DNA of 64,000 bases from Haliotis rufescens. Lineage: Eukaryota. Both the position numbers and the translations under genes were made by a program. The notes below the pieces were generated by a model. It made no database searches. It was given only the letters and a program-made list of their open reading frames with translations, and was not told the origin of the DNA. The stretch spans positions 1,178,001 to 1,242,000 of the forward strand of contig NW_025964002.1 of assembly GCF_023055435.1 (NCBI RefSeq), read 5' to 3'. Positions 63,812 to 64,000 of the stretch are shown one piece after another. The first letter of the stretch is position 1, and the number at the start of each line of letters is the position of its first letter.

Positions 63812-63974
63812 ATGTGTGGTGGTTATCTGATTGTTCGACCAGCTTGTCAGGGTGACAGCATGTCGTGTGATATCTCCATCTCATGTCGGGAAATGTACTC
63901 CAAACTGCTCGGACAGGACAGCATGGACTTCTGCTTCGACTGGGAGAACGCCGCACCCATACAGTTCGAAGAAG
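63812..63974 (+). CDS. Candidate alternative first exon F (MCGGYLIV...MYSKLLGQDSMDFCFDWENAAPIQFEE-G)
   Basis: Frame is open from ATG 63812 to the window end with several in-frame ATGs; candidate donor AAG|GTGAAC, phase 1; CCAAT near 63724. The true 3' end may lie beyond the window. Confidence 0.45.
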
Positions 63975-64000
63975 GTGAACCAGGTCATGCTTTAAAACTC

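Overview
Eukaryotic, AT-rich, repeat-dense animal DNA. The SINE families with (CACT)n and (AAAC)n tails suggest a mollusc such as an abalone, but this is inference only. The left 13 kb holds the 5' part of a minus-strand TRIP13/Pch2 AAA+ ATPase gene: 7 coding exons with GT-AG boundaries join in frame into 286 codons including Walker A and B, and the 3' exons lie left of the window. Divergent from it, from about 16.2 kb to the window end, lie several short ATG-started, phase-1 candidate exons. They look like alternative first exons of one large unidentified + strand gene whose shared exons are outside the window. The rest is intronic: SINEs of about four families, hAT-like and other MITEs, a mariner remnant, a Crypton-type tyrosine recombinase remnant, 14 unrelated minisatellite arrays (about 11 kb, roughly 18% of the window) and a 160-N assembly gap. 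Most notable are (1) a 62-bp tandem array that copies the Walker-B-coding end of TRIP13 exon 6 plus its splice donor 8 extra times, (2) two small fold-back elements each carrying a minimal Penelope-type hammerhead ribozyme core, one with a U3:A8 covariant, and (3) the alternative-first-exon series, one member carrying a tandem array of uORFs. All coordinates were read by eye; no searches were run.
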